Of a stretch of DNA of 64,000 bases, positions 7,326 to 16,779 are shown piece by piece. Position 1 is the stretch's first letter. Each line of letters opens with the position of its first letter. The stretch lies in assembly GCA_049975205.1 (NCBI GenBank), contig JBNGDL010000013.1:12643-76642 (forward strand), in the 5' to 3' direction. Source of the stretch: Anaerolineae bacterium (lineage in GTDB: Bacteria > Chloroflexota > Anaerolineae > B4-G1 > SLSP01). The position numbers and the translations under genes are program-made. The notes beneath the pieces were generated by a model, which was not told where the DNA came from, ran no database searches, and was given only the letters and a program-made list of their open reading frames with translations.

Positions 7326-8645
7326 CTATTCGGCAGCCGGGTTGAAGATGCGTCCGACGAAGAGGACCGCCCCCGTTTGGTTGTCCCGAATCAGGAAGAT
7401 GAAGGGACGATCGATGGTCATCTCAACGGGCTCCCCGGGCATCGCCGAGGTGAGTCCCACGACGACGGCGGTTGCCGCTGCTGCCTCGGTTCCCTCCTCG
7501 TCGACGGAGACGAAAGCCTGATGGAAGACATCGGTGATCATCAGCTCCCGATTGCCGGTCATGCCAGAGAAATCGGCTTCCTCAGTAAACGCCGTGGGCA
7601 TGCCTAGTGCCGTCAGGGCATCGGTCAGACTGAATTTGGATCGCATCTCGAATCTCGGCATCGACAGGATCAGGCGCTGGCGTTCAAAATCCTCGAGAAT
7701 GGCGGTGAGCGTCTCAGAATCCAGGCTTTGCTCGAACTCGGTGAACTCACCGGTGTCAGGAAGCAGGATCACCATCGACAGCTCGTGGCCATCGTAGGGC
7801 AATGCCACAGCCTGATACCCTTCGCCTGCTGCGTAATCGAAGGGCGTGGTCTGGTGCATCATGGGCACCTCGACCGTGGTTCCATCCAGGAGATAGAAGG
7901 GCGCCTGCTCGGTCTGCCTTTCCTCGAAGGGCTCGGCCCACGCGGCGTTGAAGTAGATCGCGTTGGTCAGTACCAGACGGGTGAGTGCATCCAACGCACC
8001 CTGCGGAATCAAATCCTCGATCCGTCCCTCGGTCTGGTCGCTGACCCACTCGTTGATGGTCTGTCGAGCCGCCTCTGCGTCCTCGATGAAGTTTACAAGC
8101 CTGAGCCCCGCACCATAGTTCCGGGCAAGGACATCTAGGAAGGCCTGCTGGAACTCATAGTCCTTCTGCCCCCAAAGGGCGTTCACGATGTGGAGCCGGA
8201 ATCCCTCGCCGTCCTTCCCTTCGGCGCCTTCGCCGCGTTGGCTCAGGGCCTGGTCGAGAGCGTTGAAGGCTGGGTGCAGACGATCCTGGGGTAAGTTGAA
8301 GTGGAGGGTTTCAGCCATCTCCGCTTCTGTCTCCCCCCGGGCCCCGGCGTAGGTCATCGCAAGCGCCGCGGTGATACTGTGTGGCGATAGGAAGAGATCG
8401 CCGTCGGATATCTGGGCAAGGTAGTGGTAGAGATCGAGTGCGAAAGCCTGGTTCCCCTCGATCAGAGCAGCCAGATCCTCAGATGGAACCTCGGGATTGG
8501 TTACGCGAGACTCATCGGATGCGGCCAGAACAATCTGACCGCTTTGTGCTTGACCGTCATTCACCGGTGGACTCATCGTACACCCCACGATTCCCAACAG
8601 CGCTACCAACAGCAGCGAGCGCTTGAGTAAGTGTTTCATCTTCAC
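7326..8645 (-). CDS. Serpin family protease inhibitor, predicted lipoprotein
   Basis: Lipobox LLGIVGC. Serpin hinge EEGTEAAAATAVV. C-terminal signature DRPFIFLIRDNQTGAVLFVGRIFNP. Confidence 0.9.
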   Translation of the reverse strand: MKMKHLLKRSLLLVALLGIVGCTMSPPVNDGQAQSGQIVLAASDESRVTNPEVPSEDLAALIEGNQAFALDLYHYLAQISDGDLFLSPHSITAALAMTYAGARGETEAEMAETLHFNLPQDRLHPAFNALDQALSQRGEGAEGKDGEGFRLHIVNALWGQKDYEFQQAFLDVLARNYGAGLRLVNFIEDAEAARQTINEWVSDQTEGRIEDLIPQGALDALTRLVLTNAIYFNAAWAEPFEERQTEQAPFYLLDGTTVEVPMMHQTTPFDYAAGEGYQAVALPYDGHELSMVILLPDTGEFTEFEQSLDSETLTAILEDFERQRLILSMPRFEMRSKFSLTDALTALGMPTAFTEEADFSGMTGNRELMITDVFHQAFVSVDEEGTEAAAATAVVVGLTSAMPGEPVEMTIDRPFIFLIRDNQTGAVLFVGRIFNPAAE

Positions 8646-8752
8646 AAAAACCCTCCCTTGGAGTTTTGATCAACTCTCTATTCCCTAGACGTCGAAAAGG
8701 GGTTGAATGTTCCAGAGGAAGGCCGAGAAGACGGGCGAGCACCTCTGGTGCG

Positions 8753-9349
8753 TTAGCCGACACCGAATCCTGGGTGCCCCGGCGCCGGCATGCAGATGAT
8801 CTCAAGGAAGCAAAGGTCGAAGAAGGTCTGGGCGTGGGTGGGCTGTAGAATGACGGCCGTGTCGCTCCCCCTCCCCGTCCCGGCCACGGCGATGATGGGA
8901 TCTCCTTCGGGCACGAGCCCTGCGTCGGAGGCCATCAGCGTGATCTCGGCAGCGACCTTCATGCCCTCGCCAAAGCGACGGAGGGTATAGGCGATAATTT
9001 CCTCTGTCTCGTAAGTGCCGAGCTTCTTGCGGACGGCACGCCCCACGCCGCCGAAAGCATGCGTGGTCGTGAGCACCTTGGCCCCCAGCGCCTCGATCTG
9101 GCCGACAATCTCCGGATCGTGCTCGACGGCATAGGGCTCCCGGAACCCTGCAGAGTGGGTCACGGCGACTATATTCAGGGAGCTCAGCGATCTTGCGGCC
9201 CGCAGGCCGGTGGCACCGCTGGTTGTGGCGACCAACACAGTCTGAATATCGAGCGCTTGAGCGCGCTTAGCGACCAGGGCCAAGGCGCGGTCGGTATTGT
9301 CCGGGCCAGGCGCTGCGAAATAGACGGTGCTTGATGTCAGTTCGTCCAT
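8753..9349 (-). CDS. Pyruvate kinase C-terminal (alpha/beta) domain-like protein
   Basis: Start re-set to MDELTSSTVYFAAPG (AAGGAGGAA RBS). Family-like motifs are VLVATTSGATG, VTHSAGF, GMKVAAEITLMASDAGL and GSDTAVIL. Confidence 0.6.
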   Translation of the reverse strand: MDELTSSTVYFAAPGPDNTDRALALVAKRAQALDIQTVLVATTSGATGLRAARSLSSLNIVAVTHSAGFREPYAVEHDPEIVGQIEALGAKVLTTTHAFGGVGRAVRKKLGTYETEEIIAYTLRRFGEGMKVAAEITLMASDAGLVPEGDPIIAVAGTGRGSDTAVILQPTHAQTFFDLCFLEIICMPAPGHPGFGVG

Positions 9350-9635
9350 CGGTTCCTCCTTGTAAACATAGGTACGGTCCGTTGCGGCATAACCATCACG
9401 TACAAGCTTAGGCGCGGACTCTGCTATAACGTACTTCCTTAGTATAGAAGGGGCAGCGGATTGATCAATCATCACCTTCGCGGAGCCTTCAGCGATCTAG
9501 CTTCTGTGGTATCATAGGTGTGAGTCGCCCAACACAGCTAGATATGTACCTTGGCGGCACCAGTTGAGAGAGACGCTTCCCTATCCTCGGACGCGGCGAT
9601 CCTGAGCTTTGACACTTGGAGAGGAGTGAGCAGAG

Positions 9636-10514
9636 ATGTCGAAATTCGGAGCCTATCTGGCTACCAAAGAAGTCCTCGTTGCAGACGGAGCCACGGGGAC
9701 CATGCTTCAACAGGCGGGTCTGCCAGCCGGGGCAGCGCCGGAGCGCTGGAGCCTCGAGAATCCGGAGGCCATCCGCCGCCTGCACCAAAGCTATATCAGT
9801 GCCGGCGCTGACCTGATCCTCACCAACACCTTCGGCGGCACCCCGATTCGACTCAAGCGAGAAGGTCTGGCCGATCAGGCGGCGGAGATCAACCGCGCGG
9901 CGGCGCAACTAGCCCGTGAGGTAGCAGGCGACATTGCCCTGGTCGTGGGTGACATCGGGCCAACAGGCGAGATGTTAGCACCCTTGGGCACCCTGACCTA
10001 TGACGATGCGGTCTCTGCCTTTGCCGTGCAGGCCGGTGCGTTGGCGGAAGGTGGCGCACAGGCGATCCTGATCGAGACGATGAGCGATCTGACGGAGGTG
10101 CAGGCTGCCGTCGAGGCGGTACGGCAGGCCTGCAACCTGCCCCTGCTGGTGACCATGAGCTTCGATACAAAGGGACGGACGATGATGGGGGTGAAACCCG
10201 AGCGCGCAGCCGAGACGCTGCAGGCACTCGGTGTCGATGTTATGGGCGCCAACTGCGGACGCACGCTGACCGAGACCCTCGAGGCTGTCCTGAAGATGCG
10301 CCAGGTCGCTCCTGATGCGACGTTGATGGCCAAGCCCAATGCCGGGCTTCCGCACGCTGAGGGCGGTGAGCTCGTCTATGATGTCACGCCGGCGGTGATG
10401 GCTGAGTACGCCCTTCGGTTCGTTGAGGAGGCCGGTGTCAAGATCTTTGGCGGATGCTGCGGCAGTACCCCGGCGCACATTCAGGCGATTGCCGAGGTCC
10501 TGAAGTCCGCCTGA
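9636..10514 (+). CDS. Homocysteine S-methyltransferase domain protein (MetH N-terminal module-like, stand-alone)
   Basis: LVADGATGTML, ILTNTFG, and the zinc-site motif GGCCGSTPAHI near the C-terminus. GGAGAGGAG RBS. Confidence 0.85.
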   Translation: MSKFGAYLATKEVLVADGATGTMLQQAGLPAGAAPERWSLENPEAIRRLHQSYISAGADLILTNTFGGTPIRLKREGLADQAAEINRAAAQLAREVAGDIALVVGDIGPTGEMLAPLGTLTYDDAVSAFAVQAGALAEGGAQAILIETMSDLTEVQAAVEAVRQACNLPLLVTMSFDTKGRTMMGVKPERAAETLQALGVDVMGANCGRTLTETLEAVLKMRQVAPDATLMAKPNAGLPHAEGGELVYDVTPAVMAEYALRFVEEAGVKIFGGCCGSTPAHIQAIAEVLKSA

Positions 10515-10622
10515 TTTAGAACCTGTATTGCTCGTAGCCCTGACGTGGCCTGGGTACCGTCGTGCGAGAAAGAAGGCGGCGTGAGCTTCGGGATCAGGGA
10601 GGGCGCGGGACCTTGCGTGCTT

Positions 10623-10650
10623 TTGCTGGGTCCAGAGGCGGTGCTATAAT
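10623..10650 (+). promoter_or_regulatory. Candidate sigma70-type promoter upstream of the AIM24-family gene
   Basis: TTGCTG-16 nt-TATAAT, with TGc immediately upstream of the -10 (extended -10-like). Confidence 0.3.
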
Positions 10651-10755
10651 CGGCCTGCTCAATGGATGCACAGACCCCCGAGGCATGCGCTAGATCTTTC
10701 ACGACGATTGTGCGGCAGTTATTATCCTTTCTAGACATGGAACAGGAGAACTGAG

Positions 10756-11442
10756 ATGCGATACGAGATTCATGGCACGGTGATGCAGACCCTGGACGTC
10801 TACCTGGCCCAAGGTGAGACGATGTACACTGAGTCCGGGGGCATGGCGTGGATGAAGGGCAATGTGGAGATGAAGACCGATACCAAGGGCGGCCTGATGG
10901 CAGGGTTGGGACGCAAGCTTGCGGGAGAGTCTCTGTTCATGACCACCTACGTCAACAACGGCCCCGCTGAGGCGTTGGTCGTCTTCGCTCCGGAGGCTCC
11001 TGGCAAGGTTGTCCCCGTCAAGCTGGGCCCGAACCAGAGCATGATTTGCCAGCGGGACGCTTTTATGTGTGCTGAAAGTTCCGTGGAATTGAGCATGCAC
11101 TTCAGGAAGCGACTCGGCACCGGCTTCTTCGGTGGTGAGGGATTCATCCTCCAGAAGATCACGGGGCCGGGCTATGCGTTCCTTGAGATCCCAGGAGAGG
11201 TTCGCGAGTACTCCCTAGCAGCCGGGGAGACGATGCGCGTCGACCCAGGGCACATCGCGCTCTTTGAACCCTCGGTCAACTACGACATCACGATGGTTAA
11301 GGGGCTGACCAACGTGCTCTTCGGCGGCGAGGGCCTCTTCCTGGCCACACTCACCGGCCCGGGAAGGGTCTGGCTGCAAAGCCTCCCGCTGTCGAATCTG
11401 GCGGGGAAATTGGCCAAGTACCTACCTACCAAGTCATCTTGA
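10756..11442 (+). CDS. TIGR00266/AIM24 family protein
   Basis: MRYEIHGTVMQTLDVYLAQGETMYTESGGMAWM..., GESLFMTTY and GEGFILQKITGPG are typical of the family as I remember it. Confidence 0.75.
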   Translation: MRYEIHGTVMQTLDVYLAQGETMYTESGGMAWMKGNVEMKTDTKGGLMAGLGRKLAGESLFMTTYVNNGPAEALVVFAPEAPGKVVPVKLGPNQSMICQRDAFMCAESSVELSMHFRKRLGTGFFGGEGFILQKITGPGYAFLEIPGEVREYSLAAGETMRVDPGHIALFEPSVNYDITMVKGLTNVLFGGEGLFLATLTGPGRVWLQSLPLSNLAGKLAKYLPTKSS

Positions 11443-11453
11443 CGCAAGCCCGG

Positions 11454-11484
11454 GGTTGGGGCTCCTCAGCGAGGAGCCCCAACC
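11454..11484 (+). terminator. Intrinsic terminator-like hairpin after the AIM24-family gene
   Basis: GGTTGGGGCTCCTC-AGC-GAGGAGCCCCAACC, a perfect 14-bp stem 12 nt after the stop. The U-tract is weak. Confidence 0.55.
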
Positions 11485-11779
11485 TAACCTGAAGGACCTT
11501 AACAACGATATTCTGACCTCTGACGGCGTTCCGTCGCACGATGTCGTTTTCTCACGCTGGTTCGTAGTGACCCACCCGCGTGCCTGCTTCCTGGTGCCCT
11601 TATCTTTCATTTATCGCTGGACGCTTACCTTGTCGCTAGGAGCTGCCGCAGGGCGGGCTTTCTGCTGTCAAACGGGATGTGCCCAGCACAACTTACACGC
11701 GGTAGGTGTCAGGCGGCATTATGTAGAGGGCTGTGGAGGACTGTCCATCAGAACTCGCAGCTGGAAGGAGTAAGGCATT

Positions 11780-12634
11780 ATGGTTAAGGTCGTTGGTGAT
11801 ACCACGTCGGGCCTGTCGGAATCCTTTGCGGAAGAGCACGGTATCCCTATTGTCCCTCAAGTCATCATCTTTGGTGAGGAATCATACCTCGAGAATGTCG
11901 AGATCACGTACGATACGTTTATGGAGAAGCTCAGGTCGGCGACTGAGCTTCCCAAGACGGCTGCGCCACCTCCAGAGCTGTTTGCCGAAGTCTTCGAGGA
12001 GTTTGCCCCTGGTGGTGAGGCCATTGTCTGTATTCTGCCTTCAGCACACCTGAGTGGCACGGTTCGCTCTGCGGTTGTTGGGCTCCAGATGGCGCAGGAG
12101 GAGGGGGTCGGTGATCTTGACGTGCGCATCATTGACACGCAGCTAGTCGCCAGCCCGGTGGCGACCCTCTTGCGTCTGGCGAGCCGTTGGGCCGAGGAGG
12201 GCGAAAGCGCGGACACGATCGAGGCTCGCGTGGTCGAGATGAGCCGCCGATGCAAGGTCTACTTCATGGTCGATACACTTAAATACCTAGCTATGGGCGG
12301 TCGGATCGGGGGCGCGGCGGCACTGCTGGGGAGCGTGCTCCAGGTCAAGCCGGTGCTCACCCTTAATGAAGGGCAGGTCGATACGCTCGAGAAGGTCCGC
12401 ACGCATAAGCGGGCCAAGGATCGGCTAAAGCAGCTGGTACTCGAGCAGATCCCACCCGGGGATGAGGGATACCTGAGTATCATGCACGCCGCTGCTGAGG
12501 AGGAGGCCGATGAGCTTGTGACGTTCTTCTCGCGAGAGTTGGGCCTCTCGCACATTCCTGTCCTGACCGTGCCACCTGCTGTTGTCACCCATGGCGGACC
12601 GGGTGTCCTGGGCGTGGGATTCTTCACGGAGTAG
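11780..12634 (+). CDS. DegV family fatty-acid-binding protein
   Basis: VVGDTTSGL, the DTLKYLAMGGRIG motif, and typical length. Confidence 0.85.
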   Translation: MVKVVGDTTSGLSESFAEEHGIPIVPQVIIFGEESYLENVEITYDTFMEKLRSATELPKTAAPPPELFAEVFEEFAPGGEAIVCILPSAHLSGTVRSAVVGLQMAQEEGVGDLDVRIIDTQLVASPVATLLRLASRWAEEGESADTIEARVVEMSRRCKVYFMVDTLKYLAMGGRIGGAAALLGSVLQVKPVLTLNEGQVDTLEKVRTHKRAKDRLKQLVLEQIPPGDEGYLSIMHAAAEEEADELVTFFSRELGLSHIPVLTVPPAVVTHGGPGVLGVGFFTE

Positions 12635-12637
12635 CTT

Positions 12638-13756
12638 ATGAAAGTCCGCCAACTCAATACGGATGACCGACGTGACGTAGCGAAGTTCATCCAAGTATCC
12701 TTTGATCTCTACCAACAGTGCCCGCAATGGGTTCCGCCGCTGATCACCACGCTCAAGCAGGCGATGGATCGGCGACGGCACCCTTTCTATAATCATTCTG
12801 AGGCTGCCTTCTTCCTGGCTGAGGAGGGGGACCGCCTGCTGGGTCGCATCGCTGTGTTGGATCATCGGCGCTACAATGACTACACCAACGAGAAGGTCGC
12901 GTTTTTCTACTACCCCGACTTTGTCGACGACGCCGATGCGGTCGAGAGACTCATCTCAGCGGCTGCGGAGTGGGCGCACAATCGAGGCTTGACCACGTTG
13001 TTAGGCCCAAAGGGAATGCTACGTTCCGATCCCTACGGGGTATTGATCGAGGGTTTTGAGTATTCAGCAGGCATGGTTCTCCCGTACAACTATCCCTACT
13101 ACGCTCAGCGCCTTGAAGAGGTTGGGCTCCAGAAGGAAGTGGACTACCTCACGGGATATGTGACAGCGGAGGATCAACTTTCTGAGCGCTTCTTCCGAAT
13201 CGTCGAGCGGATCAAGAAGCGCTGTGATTTCTGGGTCAAGTCCTTCTCGACCAAGCGGGAGATGCGAAGCTGGATCCCGGAGATTCAGCGGGTGAATAAC
13301 AAGGCCTTCACAGAGGTGTGGGGCTATTATCCCATCGATGAGGCCGAGGTTAGGATGATCGGTGATCAGTTGCTGATGATCGCTGATCCGCAATTGATGA
13401 AAGTGGTCATGAGCGGGGAGGAGATTGCGGGATTCGCCTTTGTCTTCCCGGATGTGGCCGAGGCGCTCAAAGCCGTCGGTGGGCGGCTGTGGCCCTTTGG
13501 CTGGCTTCGGCTCTTGATCGCGATGAAGCGCACCAAACGCCTGCTCGGCAACGGGGTCGGTCTGCTGCCGCAGTACCAAGGTTTGGGCGCCAGCGCTATG
13601 CTCTATGCCGAGATCCACGACACGTTGCGCAGCCGCGGGGCGGAGCACATGGAGCTCATTCAGGTCATGGAGTCCAATATCAAGAGCCTGGGCGACATGA
13701 ATAGGCTCGGGGCGAAATGGCATAAGCGACATCGCGTCTATCGGCTTGAGTTCTAG
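12638..13756 (+). CDS. Hypothetical protein, possible GNAT-fold acyltransferase
   Basis: Q-x-x-G-x-G acetyl-CoA motif candidate (QYQGLGASAMLY). It lies 3 nt after the DegV stop. The assignment is weak. Confidence 0.4.
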   Translation: MKVRQLNTDDRRDVAKFIQVSFDLYQQCPQWVPPLITTLKQAMDRRRHPFYNHSEAAFFLAEEGDRLLGRIAVLDHRRYNDYTNEKVAFFYYPDFVDDADAVERLISAAAEWAHNRGLTTLLGPKGMLRSDPYGVLIEGFEYSAGMVLPYNYPYYAQRLEEVGLQKEVDYLTGYVTAEDQLSERFFRIVERIKKRCDFWVKSFSTKREMRSWIPEIQRVNNKAFTEVWGYYPIDEAEVRMIGDQLLMIADPQLMKVVMSGEEIAGFAFVFPDVAEALKAVGGRLWPFGWLRLLIAMKRTKRLLGNGVGLLPQYQGLGASAMLYAEIHDTLRSRGAEHMELIQVMESNIKSLGDMNRLGAKWHKRHRVYRLEF

Positions 13757-13826
13757 ACCCTGCGGTCGCTGCGTAGGCTGAGCCCTGCGGTGTAGGCGCG
13801 ATAGCGGTGGACGGAAAGAGTGAGTC

Positions 13827-15281
13827 ATGGAGAGAACTGAGCGCGTTCCTGTTCTGACAAAGATCATCTATGGCAGCGGTGACTGGGGCGTCGCGGCCTT
13901 TAACACGCTCCGGCAGATCTTCTACGCAATCTTCTTGACCGACGTCGTCGGCCTAGATCCACGACTGGCCTCCTTTGCCGCCTCTGTCGGCGTGATCTGG
14001 GACGCCATCAATGATCCCTTAGTCGGCGTCCTAAGCGACAAGCTGCGGACACGTTGGGGGCGCCGGCGCCCGTTTCTCCTGCTCTTCGCCATTCCTTATG
14101 GCTTAGCGTTTATGATGCTGTGGTGGGCTCCCCCGTGGGAAAGCCAGCTGCTCCTAATGATCCATGTGACCATCGCCTATGCCTTGAGTGACACCTTCCA
14201 AACGCTGGTGGTTGTGCCTTTCCATGCCATGACGCCAGAGTTGACCTCGGACTACGACGAGCGGACCTCCCTAGCAAGCTATCGGATGTTCTTTAACTTC
14301 CTCGCCTCGCTGGCGGGCGGCGTGGTGGCCCCGATGATCGTGGATGCTACCCTGGCGAGGGGCGGCACACAGCAGCAAGGGTACTTGTTGGCAGCCACCA
14401 TCTTTGGCGCCTCGTCGATCCTGCCTTACCTGCTGATTTTCTTCTTCGTGCGCGAGAAAGCGAAACCCGTGGACCAACCGGAATTGGTCTCCCTCCGGAA
14501 GACGCTCAGAAGGGCCTGGGAGAATGTGCCCTTCCGGTACGCGACCGCGCTTTATATGCTGAACTGGGTGACGTTCGATCTCGTCGCCGCCGTCCTGCCG
14601 TTTTTCGTCGTCTACTGGGTGGCACAGGGCGACTTGCTCTTGACTGTACCTGGGATTGGGTTGCCGATTGAGTCGGCTGTATTGGGCGTGATGGCGGTCG
14701 TAGCTGTGCCCGTGCTCCCGATGTGGTCGTGGTTGGCACAGAGACTCGGGAAACGCATTGCCTACTTGATCGCGCTTGCCCTCTGGACGGTGATTCTGAT
14801 GGCGCTGATCTTCCTACCTCCGATGGCGATCGGTATCGCGATGGGGATGTCGGTCTTGATGGGCTTCAGCTACTCCGCCGCCCATATGCTGCCAGACGCC
14901 ATCTTTCCTGACGTTATCGACTGGGACGAACTGCGCACCGGCGAGCGTCACGAGGGTGTTTACTACGGGGCCAAGAACTTCATCCGAAAGCTGACGACAG
15001 CATTTGCTATCTTTGTGGTCCTCCAGGTTCTCGGGTGGTTGGGGTACCAGAAGCCCCCGGATGGCGCGACGTTCTTTATGCAGCCTGCCAGCGTCGTCCA
15101 AGGCATCCGGATCCTAATCGGCCCCGTCTCGTCGGTTCTGCTGATTGCGCTGATGGTCGTGACCTGGTACTATCCGCTCAATCGTCGGCGCTACGAGCGA
15201 CTTCAGAGACTCCTGATCCGCCGCCAGCAGCGCGATGCGCGACGCGCGGCGGCGAAGCCAGCCCGAGTCATATCCCAATAG
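13827..15281 (+). CDS. MFS transporter, glycoside-pentoside-hexuronide (GPH):cation symporter family
   Basis: About 12 TM helices. The N-terminal YGSGDWGVAAFNTLRQIFYAIFLTDVVGLDP and DKLRTRWGRRRPF loop are typical of GPH. Confidence 0.8.
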   Translation: MERTERVPVLTKIIYGSGDWGVAAFNTLRQIFYAIFLTDVVGLDPRLASFAASVGVIWDAINDPLVGVLSDKLRTRWGRRRPFLLLFAIPYGLAFMMLWWAPPWESQLLLMIHVTIAYALSDTFQTLVVVPFHAMTPELTSDYDERTSLASYRMFFNFLASLAGGVVAPMIVDATLARGGTQQQGYLLAATIFGASSILPYLLIFFFVREKAKPVDQPELVSLRKTLRRAWENVPFRYATALYMLNWVTFDLVAAVLPFFVVYWVAQGDLLLTVPGIGLPIESAVLGVMAVVAVPVLPMWSWLAQRLGKRIAYLIALALWTVILMALIFLPPMAIGIAMGMSVLMGFSYSAAHMLPDAIFPDVIDWDELRTGERHEGVYYGAKNFIRKLTTAFAIFVVLQVLGWLGYQKPPDGATFFMQPASVVQGIRILIGPVSSVLLIALMVVTWYYPLNRRRYERLQRLLIRRQQRDARRAAAKPARVISQ

Positions 15282-15297
15282 GCGGCGTGCTTACGCT

Positions 15298-16632
15298 ATG
15301 ATGACTACCTATCGCAACGAGCGCCCCTATGGTTTCTGCCCCGGATGCAGCCACCGCTTGGTGCTGGATGCGCTGGACCGGGCCCTCGTCCGCCTGCAGT
15401 GGCCTTTGACGGATGTGGTGCTGGTCACCGATATCGGCTGTGTGGGGCTCTCTGATCAGTACTTCCGGACCAGTGGCTTTCACGGTCTTCACGGACGCAG
15501 CCTGACCTACGCGACGGGGATCAAGCTGGCGCGCCCTGATCTTCACGTTATCGCGTTGATCGGTGACGGTGGCTGTGGCATCGGGTTCACGCATCTCGTG
15601 AACGCGGCGCGGCGCAACATCGGCGTCACGACTCTGGTCTTCAACAACCTCAACTTCGGGATGACCGGCGGGGAGCACAGTGTCACAACCCCGATCGGGA
15701 AGCGGACGGCGACCACCCCTTGGGGTAATACGGAGCGCCCTCTGGATATCGCCCAGACGGTCGCAGTTAACGGTGCGAGCTACGTGTGGCGCGGCACTGC
15801 CTTCGAGCCAGATCTCGACGAGCAGATCGAGACGGCACTCACGCATAATGGCTTTGCGCTGCTCGACATCTGGGAACTCTGCGTCGCCTACTATGCCTCT
15901 GTCAACAGAGTGAACCCGAAGCAGCTCAAGGCGACCATGTCCGAGTTGGATCTTCAAGAGGGCGTGATATGCAGATCGGACCGCGTCGAGGGCACGCAGG
16001 CGCTGCAGGAGGGCTGGGCCTCGCTTCGAGATGCACCAGCCGCGCTAAGCAATGCGTTGGAGGTGCAGTACAGCTCTGAGTTGGATCGCGCGTTCTCGGT
16101 GGTCATCGGCGGAGCTGCCGGAGCACACGTGCGGACGGCCGGGCACCTGTTGACGACGGCGGCTACGATGTCGGGACTTTGGACGACCCAACGCGATGAG
16201 TACGGCGTGACCGTGCGCTCTGGGCACAGTATCAGCGAGGTCATCCTCTCACCGGAGCCGATCCAGTACACAGGGATCACCGAGGCGGACGTGATCTTCC
16301 TGTTCTCTGAGGAGGCGGTTGCGAAGACGACGGCCCGACTTGGTGGGTCGGGTCGGGGACAGACGCTCTTCGTGATGCAGGACTTGGTGCCGCTTCTGCC
16401 AGACGACGTTATGAAGAAGAGTGAGGTGCGTGTTCTCGCCGCCGACCGGCTGCGGGGCGTGGCGCGATCCAGCATCACGTTGGCCCTGGTTGCAGCTGCG
16501 GCTGTCCACCAAGGTTTTCTCTCCCCTGAGTCACTTATCACCTCCGCCGGTCGGCTCAACCCGGCCTATGCGGAGGCGAACCAGGACGCGGTCCGCAAGG
16601 CCCTGGCATCGCTCGATGCGCTCTTTCCTTGA
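15298..16632 (+). CDS. 2-oxoacid:ferredoxin oxidoreductase beta (TPP-binding) subunit fused to a gamma-like domain
   Basis: Start re-set to MMTTYRNERPYGFCPGCSH. TPP motif IGDGGCGIG...NNLNFGMTGG. The C-terminal roughly 190 aa are POR-gamma-like. No alpha subunit gene is adjacent. Confidence 0.7.
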   Translation: MMTTYRNERPYGFCPGCSHRLVLDALDRALVRLQWPLTDVVLVTDIGCVGLSDQYFRTSGFHGLHGRSLTYATGIKLARPDLHVIALIGDGGCGIGFTHLVNAARRNIGVTTLVFNNLNFGMTGGEHSVTTPIGKRTATTPWGNTERPLDIAQTVAVNGASYVWRGTAFEPDLDEQIETALTHNGFALLDIWELCVAYYASVNRVNPKQLKATMSELDLQEGVICRSDRVEGTQALQEGWASLRDAPAALSNALEVQYSSELDRAFSVVIGGAAGAHVRTAGHLLTTAATMSGLWTTQRDEYGVTVRSGHSISEVILSPEPIQYTGITEADVIFLFSEEAVAKTTARLGGSGRGQTLFVMQDLVPLLPDDVMKKSEVRVLAADRLRGVARSSITLALVAAAAVHQGFLSPESLITSAGRLNPAYAEANQDAVRKALASLDALFP

Positions 16633-16779
16633 CAGTTTGGCTCCTCGCGCTAATATAACCATGGCTTGACGTTGCAGGCCGTCACCCTAGAGAGCGAAGC
16701 TCAGTCGTGGGCGAGCCCCCGGCACTCAGCTTTGCTCTTTTCACGTGGGTACTACTTTATCTTGAGGGAGGATGGATCT

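Noticed and set aside
9350-9635. Possible SAM or B12 riboswitch upstream of the homocysteine methyltransferase gene
   Set aside because: I found only an imperfect inverted repeat (ATCTAGCT..TGTG / CACAGCTAGAT). There is no S-box core and no B12-box. Nothing supports a riboswitch call without a covariance-model scan.
11456-11773. 105-aa ORF in the 337-nt spacer between the AIM24-family and DegV genes
   Set aside because: It starts inside the terminator hairpin, has no RBS, and shows no family resemblance. The region is left unannotated.
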